From the NCBI GenBank assembly GCA_047602425.1, contig JASGHG010000001.1, forward strand, positions 4,448,001 to 4,512,000: 64,000 bases of DNA. The letters run 5' to 3'. Position 1 is the stretch's first letter. Each line of letters starts with the position of its first letter. Origin of the DNA: Nibricoccus sp. (lineage in GTDB: Bacteria > Verrucomicrobiota > Verrucomicrobiia > Opitutales > Opitutaceae). Both the position numbers and the translations under genes were made by a program. Shown one piece after another: positions 1 through 8,398 of the stretch. Below the pieces are notes generated by a model. It saw nothing but the letters and a program-made list of their open reading frames with translations. It had not been told where the DNA came from and searched no databases.

Positions 1-546
1 ATCGATGAGGCCAACGAAGTCCTCTTCCGAGCCAATCGGTAGATACAACGGCGCGGCATTGGCGCGAAGACGCTGGTGGATTTCGCTGACGACGCGCGAA
101 AAGTTGGCGCCGACCTGATCCATCTTGTTGATGAAAATCACGCGCGGCACGCGGTACTTGGTGGCTTGGCGCCAGACGGTTTCGGATTGCGGCTGCACCC
201 CGGCGACGGCCGAAAAAACAATGACGGCGCCATCGAGCACGCGCATGGAGCGTTCGACCTCGGCGACGAAGTCGATGTGTCCGGGCGTATCGATGATGTT
301 GATCAAATGGGGCTGCTGAGCGCGTGCGCCCTGATGCGTCGACCAAGTGCTGGAGATGGCGGCGGCGGTGATCGTGATGCCGCGCTGCCGCTCCAGTTCC
401 ATGTGGTCGGTGACAGTGTTACCGTCGTGCACGTCGCCCATTTTATGGATCGCGCCCGAGTAATAGAGCATGCGTTCAGTGGTGGTCGTCTTGCCTGCGT
501 CGATATGAGCGGCAATGCCGATGTTGCGGATAAGATGTGTGTTCAT
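1..546 (-). CDS. fusA: Elongation factor G paralogue, N-terminal part (runs off the window start)
   Basis: Own translation from ATG at 546: [27 protein letters not shown]...RGITI...DTPGHIDF...NKMD, the translational GTPase motifs of EF-G. Absent from the ORF track because it is truncated. No rpsG upstream. Confidence 0.9.
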   Translation of the reverse strand, partial: MNTHLIRNIGIAAHIDAGKTTTTERMLYYSGAIHKMGDVHDGNTVTDHMELERQRGITITAAAISSTWSTHQGARAQQPHLINIIDTPGHIDFVAEVERSMRVLDGAVIVFSAVAGVQPQSETVWRQATKYRVPRVIFINKMDQVGANFSRVVSEIHQRLRANAAPLYLPIGSEEDFVGLID

Positions 547-994
547 AGCGATCTCCTTTGGGAGCGGATGCGCTGAAGGTGCAGCAAAGCTGCGTGGGAA
601 ATGCCCGTGAAAGGGCATGAAAAAACCGCCGGGCGAATAAGTGGCACCGGCGGCTACGGCGGGAGATCGGGAATTGCTTAGCGCGAGGCAATGCCAAACC
701 AACCGCGGTCACCAGCGGTGCCGCACAGGCTGAAGTTTGACAATAAAAGACGGGCTAGCATGCGATAACAGGTACTCAGGAAGCGCAACCTGTCAAGTGG
801 CGCTGGTTCTGTGTCAATGGATCGGTAAGGCGAAGCCCGGACGGCTGAGAGCTACTTACACCCAATGATTGTGCCTTGGCGTTGTACGCGGCTGTAAAAT
901 GAGCGTGGCGGTCAATCGCTAACCGACCGAGTTCTCGAATGGACCCTCACGTAGAGCGTTCGGACTCCGATCTTCCCGCCGACTCGAATCCAAG

Positions 995-1013
995 ATGGTG
1001 GAGCAGACCGGGA
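995..1013 (-). repeat. att core (displaced copy of the tRNA-Ala 3' end)
   Basis: ATGGTGGAGCAGACCGGGA, identical to 16034-16052. Confidence 0.95.
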
Positions 1014-1036
1014 CAGCGATCTGCTCTTATCCGACA

Positions 1037-1063
1037 GAAAAGTTGCCGAAAAGTTGTCGAAAA
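1037..1063. repeat. 11-bp tandem repeat, candidate integrase arm-type site (left arm)
   Basis: GAAAAGTTGCC GAAAAGTTGTC GAAAA, 23 bp inside the att core; GTTGYC core shared with 15916-15956. Confidence 0.55.
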
Positions 1064-1687
1064 TTAAGCGGCTGCCGGGCAAGTGTGCGAGTGAGCGTAG
1101 CTTTCTAGCTCGGGTAATGAAGAGTATCCTTCGACTACTTCAGAACGCGCAATTTTTCGGCTCAACCACATTAATGCACGCGCTAAAATATTCACAGACT
1201 TCGTAATTGACCTGATCGAGTCGCGGAGAATGAGCGCCAAGATAGTGGCGGGAAAAAGTGACAAGAACAGAAGTGAAGCGAAAACAGATGAGAAAATGAC
1301 ATAGGAGAGGACGGTGTAGTACGCCTCTTTTCGAGCTTTTTGAATGAACTCTGCGATCTCTTTGTTTTCAGTCGCGAATTTCTCGGTTAACATTTCATTG
1401 ATGCACTGCCGGAGCTCCGAGTTGGTTTTGATCTGGCGATCAATTAAGCTTAGTCGATAAATCGAAACCGTATCGAGAAAACGAATTTGGTTGTTCACTA
1501 GGACGCGCAAATTAATGTATGTCTTATCGGCTAATCCGTGCTCTCGTGACGCGTAGAAGGAACGAACTTTTTCTCGGAGATCAAAGAGCTTATCGCGGTG
1601 ATGATCTAAAACTGTTCGACGGATCATTTTGTTCCAAACGAATAGGAACAGGAGAATACCGAATCCGAATAGTAGTTGTTCATTCAT
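1064..1687 (-). CDS. Prophage cargo membrane protein, unknown function (207 aa)
   Basis: N-terminal hydrophobic helix plus a second hydrophobic segment; AT-rich; start overlaps the stop of 1680-2093. Confidence 0.7.
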   Translation of the reverse strand: MNEQLLFGFGILLFLFVWNKMIRRTVLDHHRDKLFDLREKVRSFYASREHGLADKTYINLRVLVNNQIRFLDTVSIYRLSLIDRQIKTNSELRQCINEMLTEKFATENKEIAEFIQKARKEAYYTVLSYVIFSSVFASLLFLSLFPATILALILRDSIRSITKSVNILARALMWLSRKIARSEVVEGYSSLPELESYAHSHTCPAAA

Positions 1688-2093
1688 TGTCTTTGGGTGT
1701 TTGACCTGTCGATGTTAGACCGCTGCTGGGTCGGTCGGGATCGTTTTTTTCTGCGATTTTTTGGTAGTGTGCTTTTTCCTGAATGGCCCGTTTTTTCCCT
1801 TTTCTCTCGTACCAATAACCTGCACCACACAGTCCAGCAAGTGCATATCCGAAGATAGTTCCGAGCTTAAATTTTTCTACAAAATTGGAAAGTGCATTAA
1901 TCGATGAGGGATTCTTATCAGACATCGACACACAGCCGTTCATAATGAAATATATCGCCAAAACCGCTGCGGCGCAAATAGCAACGGTCTGGAACAGCTT
2001 AACTACGGATTCGGTTATCCGAGCTATAAGTGATAACTTGCCTATTTCATAGTCCCGCTTATCCATCCCACTGCTTTTTCGTTGGTTAGCCAC
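1680..2093 (-). CDS. Prophage cargo two-TM membrane protein (137 aa)
   Basis: Two hydrophobic segments, basic C-terminus, AT-rich, coupled to the downstream ORF. Confidence 0.7.
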   Translation of the reverse strand: MANQRKSSGMDKRDYEIGKLSLIARITESVVKLFQTVAICAAAVLAIYFIMNGCVSMSDKNPSSINALSNFVEKFKLGTIFGYALAGLCGAGYWYERKGKKRAIQEKAHYQKIAEKNDPDRPSSGLTSTGQTPKDNE

Positions 2094-2108
2094 GAGATCG
2101 CCGTTAGA

Positions 2109-2288
2109 TTATCTTCCGGCTGGCGCTTCAGCAACGAGGCAACCGCTTTCAAAGGGAACAAGAGCGACAAGCTCCGACCCATTGAAAACTGACGTATGGC
2201 CTACTTCCTTGCCTCCAAAGGAGATATGGGAACCTTGTACTGAGGTGACGAGTGTTCCAGTTGAAGTAAATATGTCGTAGGTTTTCAT
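2109..2288 (-). CDS. Small hypothetical protein (59 aa, not in ORF track)
   Basis: Own translation MKTYDIFTSTGTLVTSVQGSHISFGGKEVGHTSVFNGSELVALVPFESGCLVAEAPAGR*; fills the gap between co-oriented cargo genes. Confidence 0.5.
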   Translation of the reverse strand: MKTYDIFTSTGTLVTSVQGSHISFGGKEVGHTSVFNGSELVALVPFESGCLVAEAPAGR

Positions 2289-2320
2289 CGTGTTTTTATA
2301 AGGACTCAGGGCTAAGACTG

Positions 2321-2833
2321 TTACAATTTTAGGTCGCTGAATCCTTTTTGAATCTGTTTGTCAGCGTCCTTTATCATTTCTTCCGCTTTTCGCTGTTCTT
2401 CATTCATTTTTATTACCTTCTGTATCAGACTGTTGCGGAGATTGGCATATTTGCCGTTTGTTCGCTGAATACACTCTTTGACAAACTGATACTTAGTTTC
2501 GAGGTTTACCGGTGAACAGGTAAGAACGAGCACATTCCCTTGGGGATCTACCAAAAGGTCCTTCCTATTCATTCCTGAAGGGACATTATCTAGTTCCTGT
2601 TTTAAGAGTTCACGCCATTGTGGATCAGTAGTTCCATTGAGTTGAAACGAGTAACTCGCGAGATTAGCTTCGGCTCGTTGAGTAGCTTGATTTTTTGCAA
2701 TGATCTTTATCTCTGGGGTATCTAAATACCGATATCTTGGCTGGGCGGGGCGATCTGCAAAAAGGTCGCCATTCTCAATTCTCAAGTACTCTAAGGGGTG
2801 GGCGGGTAGTTGCATGATAATTTTCCTCTCCAT
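2321..2833 (-). CDS. Prophage cargo hypothetical protein (170 aa, coiled-coil-like C-terminus)
   Basis: Long AT-rich ORF with a charged helical C-terminus (MNEEQRKAEEMIKDADKQIQKG). Confidence 0.7.
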   Translation of the reverse strand: MERKIIMQLPAHPLEYLRIENGDLFADRPAQPRYRYLDTPEIKIIAKNQATQRAEANLASYSFQLNGTTDPQWRELLKQELDNVPSGMNRKDLLVDPQGNVLVLTCSPVNLETKYQFVKECIQRTNGKYANLRNSLIQKVIKMNEEQRKAEEMIKDADKQIQKGFSDLKL

Positions 2834-2947
2834 TAGGGGTTATCTGAAACTGTATGTATCAGATAGTTAAGGAAACGCTCACATTGCAAGGGTAAATTAT
2901 TTGCTAAAACGGGCTGCGGGTTACATAACGAAATGGGATAATCTGGG

Positions 2948-3244
2948 CTATCCAGCCTTTTTGCCCGTAGCCTTACGGCGCGTTTCTTCGGCAACCAAAC
3001 GGGCGCGGTCTTCGCCTGTTTCGGCGGTGTTGATAACCGCCGAGACGAATTCCTTTTCCGGCAGAAGGCGGATCGGGAACGTGAAATAGCCTTTTTCGCG
3101 GTAAAAGGCGACGGCTGATTCGCCGAGACGGCGGAGTATTTCGGCGGGCTCAAGGCCATGAGTCTTTTTGATGTCAGTCAGTCCCTCTAACAGAGCCTTG
3201 GGCATTTTCAGCGTCATTTGGGCGTCAAAGATTTTTTCAGCCAT
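2948..3244 (-). CDS. Ribbon-helix-helix (CopG/Arc-like) DNA-binding protein, candidate prophage repressor
   Basis: QMTLKMP-KALLEGLTDIKKTHG-EPAEILRRLGESAV fits the beta-alpha-alpha RHH pattern; divergent from the early operon; start set at MAEK (ATG 3244). Confidence 0.55.
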   Translation of the reverse strand: MAEKIFDAQMTLKMPKALLEGLTDIKKTHGLEPAEILRRLGESAVAFYREKGYFTFPIRLLPEKEFVSAVINTAETGEDRARLVAEETRRKATGKKAG

Positions 3245-3381
3245 AGTTAAAGAATTCATAGACTTGTGAGACATGCGAGAATTTTACTTGTCTCATAAGT
3301 ATTCTAAGTATTCTGATAATACTGTCGCTCGGTTCGGGAGTAGTTATTTCGCCATAAATACCCCGGACCGATGCGGCCTTT
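3245..3381. promoter_or_regulatory. Divergent AT-rich control region (candidate lysis/lysogeny switch)
   Basis: Inverted repeat ACTTGTGAGACA (3262-3273) / TGTCTCATAAGT (3289-3300), 11/12 match; direct repeat TAAGTATTC x2 (3296-3313). Confidence 0.55.
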
Positions 3382-3612
3382 ATGGCCGAAATCAAAAAGA
3401 ACTCTGCTGCCGGTCTATCCGGTGTGCTGAAACTCACAGCGCATAGCTTCGCAAGCATCGCCCGTCCGGGTGATGTTTTTTCGTTTGGTGGCAAGCGGTA
3501 CACCGTCGAGTCAGTCAGCCTGTTGCCGGTCATTCTCCGCACAACCTCGCGTGAGACGCTTAGGCCGAATGCAGACGCGGACATTCTGTGGGAAAGGGTG
3601 GGTGACTCATGA
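3382..3612 (+). CDS. Phage hypothetical protein (76 aa)
   Basis: First ORF of the rightward operon; ATGA overlap with the next ORF. Confidence 0.6.
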   Translation: MAEIKKNSAAGLSGVLKLTAHSFASIARPGDVFSFGGKRYTVESVSLLPVILRTTSRETLRPNADADILWERVGDS

Positions 3613-3719
3613 GCGGCTGGGAAATCGCTTTTTGGATTTTGCTTGGTTGGAACCTTAGCGGAGCGCTCTTCGTTGTATCTGCGCTCTGTCTCGGTAAGCG
3701 GAAGGGGAGGGCGTCATGA
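3609..3719 (+). CDS. Small single-TM phage protein (36 aa, not in ORF track)
   Basis: MSGWEIAFWILLGWNLSGALFVVSALCLGKRKGRAS*; ATGA overlaps at both ends. Confidence 0.6.
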   Translation: MSGWEIAFWILLGWNLSGALFVVSALCLGKRKGRAS

Positions 3720-4171
3720 GCGTATGTTGCCTTTTTACCTCGATTTCGGCGTCCGTCTCGATGGCGAAGAAACGCCACGGACTTTGTTGCGAGCGCGGTT
3801 GTTCGAATCCGCGCAAACCCGACCGCCGCCGTTGCCATCGCTGCAATCAACAGCGCTGGCGTGAAGCCCACCCAATCGAAAGCGCTTATGCTAACCTTCG
3901 GATGCACGCTAAAGAGCGCGGCAAGCCGTTTACCCTCACAATCGAACAGTTCCGCGCTTTCTGCGAAAAGACTGGCTATCACAAGCGGGTAGGGGTCTCT
4001 CCGCGCGCATTGACCGTTGACCGCATCGACCCGCGCGATGGATACGAGGCGGGCAATATCCGGCCACTGACGCACCAGAGAAATTCAACCCGCCGAGACA
4101 CGTTCACAGAGGCGGAAATTGCGGCCGCTCGCGAGAGTTGGGCGGCATCTACTGGCCCGGTGGAATTTTGA
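3716..4171 (+). CDS. Cys-rich zinc-binding, HNH-like endonuclease-domain protein
   Basis: CCERGC...RCHRC zinc motif, then TVDRIDPRDGYEAGNIRPLTHQRN (DRID-x4-GY-x2-GN-x-R-x6-N pattern of phage HNH-like nucleases). Confidence 0.65.
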   Translation: MSVCCLFTSISASVSMAKKRHGLCCERGCSNPRKPDRRRCHRCNQQRWREAHPIESAYANLRMHAKERGKPFTLTIEQFRAFCEKTGYHKRVGVSPRALTVDRIDPRDGYEAGNIRPLTHQRNSTRRDTFTEAEIAAARESWAASTGPVEF

Positions 4172-4174
4172 GCC

Positions 4175-4438
4175 ATGAGCGAAGAGGAAACAGCACGCCT
4201 CGACCGGATAGAAACGCTTTTGCGTGCCGTGCTCTCGAAGCTGGAAGACAGTAGCGCGCTGAATAAAGCGGCCTTCACTCCCGCCGAGTTCGGCGCGCTC
4301 GTGGGGCGTTCCGCGCGTTGGGTGCAAGGCAAGGTATCCATCGGGCTGATACCTCGCGTTAAAGCGGCCGGAACGCGCAACGTGCTGATTCCGGCCTCTG
4401 CGCTCGAATCGTTTCAACAGGGGAGGGCAAAGCTTTGA
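4175..4438 (+). CDS. Excisionase-like HTH DNA-binding protein
   Basis: FTPAEFGALVGRSARWVQGKVSIGLIP, HTH_17/Xis pattern. Confidence 0.65.
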   Translation: MSEEETARLDRIETLLRAVLSKLEDSSALNKAAFTPAEFGALVGRSARWVQGKVSIGLIPRVKAAGTRNVLIPASALESFQQGRAKL

Positions 4439-6228
4439 CACGAGCCGAACAGATTCGCGAGCAAATCGCCAAAAGCGCCGCATGGTGGCGCGATCATGGC
4501 GCGGCAGTTCGTGAATCGAGCGCGCAACGCGAGCGCGAGCACAACGGCCGGATGATTTATGATTTCGATTATCGCGAGCGGGAGAAAACCGCTTCACGCA
4601 TGGCATATGCCTACGCCAGCCGTGCGGGCCTCAATCGGCCGCAACCGAACCGTTCCCATCCTCCGCGCTTTGTAGGTGGTGAATTGGTTCACACGGCGGA
4701 TAAGGTTTCCCTCCTTGGTGATGCTGACGATTCAGCTTTTGAGGAGTACCGTTCGCCGGTCGTTTCGCAGATTCGCCAACACGAGCGCGAAGAGGCGGAA
4801 AAAGACTTTCTTGAGTTCGCCCAGGCGGAAACCGGCATGGAGCTTTCAGACGAAGAGTACCGGAAATTGCGCAAGAAATACCGGCAGACGATGGAACAGA
4901 GCCGCGCGATTGCGGAACGCCTAAAAGGCGTCGGGATTGATCCGTATCGGCATGATGAATACGGGCTTTATATTTGGTGGTTGCACTCGAAAACCTTGGA
5001 GGCACTTCCGAAGTATCGGCGCATTTGTTTACTGCCGTATATCGCCGCCATGACTCGCGCGCCAAAGCTGGCGGCGCTTGAATACTTTATCCAGAGGCAT
5101 CCCTATTCGCGCTTCTGGACTTTCACGACGGGCCGCCGTTGCACCGTCAATGAAATCCCTGAGCGGCTGGATTGGCTGTTCTACAAGCTCCGCGAGTTGA
5201 ACAAAGAGCTGTCTTACCGTTGGGGCTTGCAGATCGTTTTCCGCACAACCGAATTCGGTACGCTGGAAGGCGATGAGCAGGGCAACCGATTTGAGGGCGT
5301 ACAGATCAAAATGGAGTCGGTCGCATGTGGTACGGTTGAGCGTGAGGAGCCGGGCTCGATTGAGCGCAACGAAAAGGGCGAGGCTCTTTATCATCCGCAC
5401 GCGCATTGCGTGATTCACTGCGCTGGCGGTTACATCAAGCCCGACACTTGGCAGCGGGTCATAAAGTTCGTGCATTCCTACTGGCACCGTGACGGCGAGA
5501 AAATTGTTTGGCTCGCAGACGGTGTGATTCGCGACGCGCGCGAGTGCTGCAAGTACGTCACGAAACCGGGCGACATCGTGAAGCTCAGCGATTCCGAGTT
5601 GAGCGCTTTCTACGCGGTTACGGCAAACCGTCGCCTTGTCCGCCCGATGGGTATCCTTGCCGATGAAATCCGCGCGCGGAAAGAGAGCGGTAGAATTTTA
5701 CGCCGTCAGCGGTTGGGGAGCCGTATGCAATGGGCTGAGCGGTTAAACCACAACCGCCTTGATATGCAGACGCCGGGCGAAAAAGAAGCGCTCGAAAACC
5801 TGCAAGACGCCTACGCGCTTACCGAAGAGTGCAAGCGGTTAGCCAACCTAGAGCCCGACATCGGCGGGCGGTTGTTGAGCGGTTCTTTTGCGGTTAATTG
5901 CCGTTCCGTGGAGGTAACGAAGGTTATGGCGCGTATCGGCCCGGCAGCGGGTCCGACGCCTTTTAAAGAACCGCGCGTTATCGTCATGACGAACCGTGCG
6001 ACGCCTGACATGAGCGCCGTTACCGGGCATCCCCTCGTGTTCCGCCTGTGGGCGCAGACCGTCGCAGAGTGGGAGGCCGGGCGGTCGGCCTCTGCCTTAA
6101 TCAAGGTCCACACGGGCACACTAACTGGGGAAGAATTCCAAGGTGACTTGCTCGGGATCGACCCGCCGCCCGATTACGAAAAGCGCTTTGCGCCGTTTCT
6201 CGAAACCGCTCCCGCAATCCTCAACTGA
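4435..6228 (+). CDS. Rolling-circle replication initiator (HUH endonuclease, 597 aa)
   Basis: Motif I FWTFT, motif II YHPHAHCVIH (HUH) and motif III KYVTKP in canonical order; TTG start overlapping the upstream stop. Confidence 0.8.
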   Translation: MTRAEQIREQIAKSAAWWRDHGAAVRESSAQREREHNGRMIYDFDYREREKTASRMAYAYASRAGLNRPQPNRSHPPRFVGGELVHTADKVSLLGDADDSAFEEYRSPVVSQIRQHEREEAEKDFLEFAQAETGMELSDEEYRKLRKKYRQTMEQSRAIAERLKGVGIDPYRHDEYGLYIWWLHSKTLEALPKYRRICLLPYIAAMTRAPKLAALEYFIQRHPYSRFWTFTTGRRCTVNEIPERLDWLFYKLRELNKELSYRWGLQIVFRTTEFGTLEGDEQGNRFEGVQIKMESVACGTVEREEPGSIERNEKGEALYHPHAHCVIHCAGGYIKPDTWQRVIKFVHSYWHRDGEKIVWLADGVIRDARECCKYVTKPGDIVKLSDSELSAFYAVTANRRLVRPMGILADEIRARKESGRILRRQRLGSRMQWAERLNHNRLDMQTPGEKEALENLQDAYALTEECKRLANLEPDIGGRLLSGSFAVNCRSVEVTKVMARIGPAAGPTPFKEPRVIVMTNRATPDMSAVTGHPLVFRLWAQTVAEWEAGRSASALIKVHTGTLTGEEFQGDLLGIDPPPDYEKRFAPFLETAPAILN

Positions 6229-6230
6229 GC

Positions 6231-6515
6231 ATGAAAACGCCCTTTCCCGCCTTCCGTGTGCAGTGTTGGAGCCAGTCATCGGCCGCCATCTACGCCGTGA
6301 CGGTGTTGGAGGTCGATGAGGTTTCGGAAACCGCTCTTTGCCGTGAATCCATCGGCACAACCGCTCGTGAATTCCGAATCGGTTTTGACCAACTCGCCAC
6401 GACGCCGGAACGGCTCGCGGAGCGGTTAAGCCATTTACTTTCTGCCCTACCTGTACGAGCGCCGAAAACCGCTTTGGCTGTGAAGACTACAGGGAAGGGC
6501 GGTTCTAAAACATGA
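6231..6515 (+). CDS. Phage hypothetical protein (94 aa)
   Basis: Tightly packed, co-oriented ORF; ATGA overlap with the next ORF. Confidence 0.65.
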   Translation: MKTPFPAFRVQCWSQSSAAIYAVTVLEVDEVSETALCRESIGTTAREFRIGFDQLATTPERLAERLSHLLSALPVRAPKTALAVKTTGKGGSKT

Positions 6516-6709
6516 AACTGCCAGCATCACCTGAACCGCTCGCGCCGAAAGATTTGGCGCTACTGATAAACCGCTCTGAGCGCTGGGTCCGTCGTCAATG
6601 CCATGCCGGGAAAATCAAAGTTCTCCCGGTTGGCGTTCCGTACCGGATACCGCGCACGGAAGCGGAGCGCTTTCTTCAACCCTCTGAAACCGCTCGCAAA
6701 AAACCATGA
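6512..6709 (+). CDS. Excisionase-like HTH protein (65 aa)
   Basis: LAPKDLALLINRSERWVRRQCHAGKI...YRIPRTEAERFL, typical Xis/HTH_17. Confidence 0.75.
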   Translation: MKLPASPEPLAPKDLALLINRSERWVRRQCHAGKIKVLPVGVPYRIPRTEAERFLQPSETARKKP

Positions 6710-7551
6710 GTGAAACCCTGTCTCCCGATAACGTAACGGCCGCCGTGTTGGCCGTTGCTCCGCGCGTTGGAACGGCTGTGCCGACTCCAAGCGCTCAACC
6801 GCCCGCCGCCGAACCGCAAACGGCGCAGGCCGAAACAACCGCTAAAGAACCGCTCAAGGATCGGGCCGGGCGCGAATTCGACGCCAAGCGGTTCCGAACC
6901 AATCCAGACGGCTCGCCTTACCTCAACGGGAAAGGGCTTTTCATGCCGCGCGGCGGCCGGAAGCCGAAAGGCGCGACTTTGCCGGGCTCTGCTCCGATTG
7001 CTTCGCCGGCCGTTTCGCCTGCCGCCGATCCGTGGAGCGCATCGGATCGTGCTGCCGCCGCCACGCCGCCGCCTGTAGCTCAACCGGGCGAGCCTGAGGC
7101 ATCCGCCCAACCGCAAGGCGCGCCGCCGCCTGTTGGTTCGAGTACCGATGCTGCCGAGGTCGGATGCCGTGTCGCTTATACGTTGACCGGTTTGGCGCTG
7201 GGTGTACCGGAAGAATCGACGCCGCCCGCTGCTGAGCACAAAAACTACGTCGAGACGGTTGCAAAGTATTTCGATTATCGAGGCTGGCGGTTTGTCGGTG
7301 GAGTCGCGCTTTGCTTTTTGGCGGCCGCCTATGTTTTAAGGCTAATTTCAAAGCCAAAAGTAGAGAAGCGGCTAAGGGATCTTTTTGGTGGTTCGTCTGA
7401 GCCTGAGCTAAAAAACGTCACGCCTGCGCCTGAGATTTCGGCTGAACCTGAAAAGAGCAAAGTGCCGCCGCCCGCCGCCGTTCCGCCAATCATCCCGCCA
7501 GCTAACGAACCTGTCCAATTCACCAAACCCTTTGTCCCGCCAATGCCATGA
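6706..7551 (+). CDS. Pro/Ala-rich phage membrane protein (281 aa)
   Basis: Low-complexity flanks, a small DRAGREFD...DGSPYLNGKG...RGGRKPK module and one TM (FVGGVALCFLAAAYVL). Confidence 0.7.
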   Translation: MSETLSPDNVTAAVLAVAPRVGTAVPTPSAQPPAAEPQTAQAETTAKEPLKDRAGREFDAKRFRTNPDGSPYLNGKGLFMPRGGRKPKGATLPGSAPIASPAVSPAADPWSASDRAAAATPPPVAQPGEPEASAQPQGAPPPVGSSTDAAEVGCRVAYTLTGLALGVPEESTPPAAEHKNYVETVAKYFDYRGWRFVGGVALCFLAAAYVLRLISKPKVEKRLRDLFGGSSEPELKNVTPAPEISAEPEKSKVPPPAAVPPIIPPANEPVQFTKPFVPPMP

Positions 7552-7721
7552 ATCCATTTATCAAATACTCTCTCGCGAGTCTCTACCGCTTGGCAGTTCT
7601 TGCTGGGCTTATTTACGTCGTTCGCCTCGTGTTGCTCATTGGCGCAGGTGGTTGGCTATTCCTGATTCTTCCCGCCGTGCTCGTGTTTCTCGCCGTCGCT
7701 CCTAGCTCGAAAGTTGAATGA
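7548..7721 (+). CDS. Small two-TM phage membrane protein (57 aa, not in ORF track)
   Basis: MNPFIKYSLASLYRLAVLAGLIYVVRLVLLIGAGGWLFLILPAVLVFLAVAPSSKVE*; ATGA overlaps at both ends. Confidence 0.65.
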   Translation: MNPFIKYSLASLYRLAVLAGLIYVVRLVLLIGAGGWLFLILPAVLVFLAVAPSSKVE

Positions 7722-7861
7722 TGTACCTTCACGTTCACTTGATAATGTTTCAGGCGATTGGTTCCGTGCATGCCGTTCCGTTTGAATTTCTCGATGCGGC
7801 TGGTGTATGGCGGTTGTTATATATCGACCCTGAAACCTGTGCTCCGGTTATACTGCCATGA
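7718..7861 (+). CDS. Small phage protein (47 aa, not in ORF track)
   Basis: MMYLHVHLIMFQAIGSVHAVPFEFLDAAGVWRLLYIDPETCAPVILP*; ATGA overlap with the ATPase start. Confidence 0.5.
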   Translation: MMYLHVHLIMFQAIGSVHAVPFEFLDAAGVWRLLYIDPETCAPVILP

Positions 7862-8388
7862 GTATCCATGTCGGCATTTTTGGGCCGTCGCTTTGCGGAA
7901 AGAGCTACGTCGGGAAAGCTCTTTCGCGTTATGCTTACGGGCATGGTCGCGCGAGTCTCGTTTGTGACCCGAATCTCGATGAGTGGGGGCCTCAAGCGTT
8001 AGTGTTTCGTAGTCTGAGCGCTCAGTTTAAAAAAGTATTTTGGACACGGAAAAACCTCGTCGTTTTTATCGATGAAGCAACGCTAACCATAGACAGAGAC
8101 AACGAACTCATTGACCTGTTTACGCGCGGCCGTCACCAAGGCCACCAGCTTTATGTCTTAGGCCATCGCGCGGTTAATTTGCTGCCGATCATGCGCGATC
8201 AATTTGGGACATTGTTCCTTTTTCGCTGTTCGCCATCGGATGCGAAACTTTGGTCTGAGGATTGGAGTGAGCCGCGAATAATGGAGGCAACGGGACTGCC
8301 GCGCTTTGAGTTTATTTTAGCGCGCAAATTCGCGGCCAAAGACGGCCAGCATCTCGTCACGCGCGGCCGATTCCCGGCCGTCCTCTGA
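7858..8388 (+). CDS. Genome-packaging ATPase, FtsK/HerA (PM2 P9/A32-like) type
   Basis: Walker A GPSLCGKS at the extreme N-terminus, Walker B VVFIDEA, RGRHQG arginine motif; 176 aa with no TM; shortly upstream of the MCP. Confidence 0.85.
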   Translation: MSIHVGIFGPSLCGKSYVGKALSRYAYGHGRASLVCDPNLDEWGPQALVFRSLSAQFKKVFWTRKNLVVFIDEATLTIDRDNELIDLFTRGRHQGHQLYVLGHRAVNLLPIMRDQFGTLFLFRCSPSDAKLWSEDWSEPRIMEATGLPRFEFILARKFAAKDGQHLVTRGRFPAVL

Positions 8389-8398
8389 GTTTTCTCCC

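Noticed and set aside
76..576. 166-aa plus-strand ORF in the track
   Set aside because: Antisense shadow of the EF-G gene on the minus strand.
7858..8388. Zot/pI-like ATPase, i.e. a filamentous (inovirus) prophage
   Set aside because: The ATPase is short, lacks the C-terminal TM of pI and lies upstream of the structural genes; a 277-aa beta-rich capsid candidate is present.
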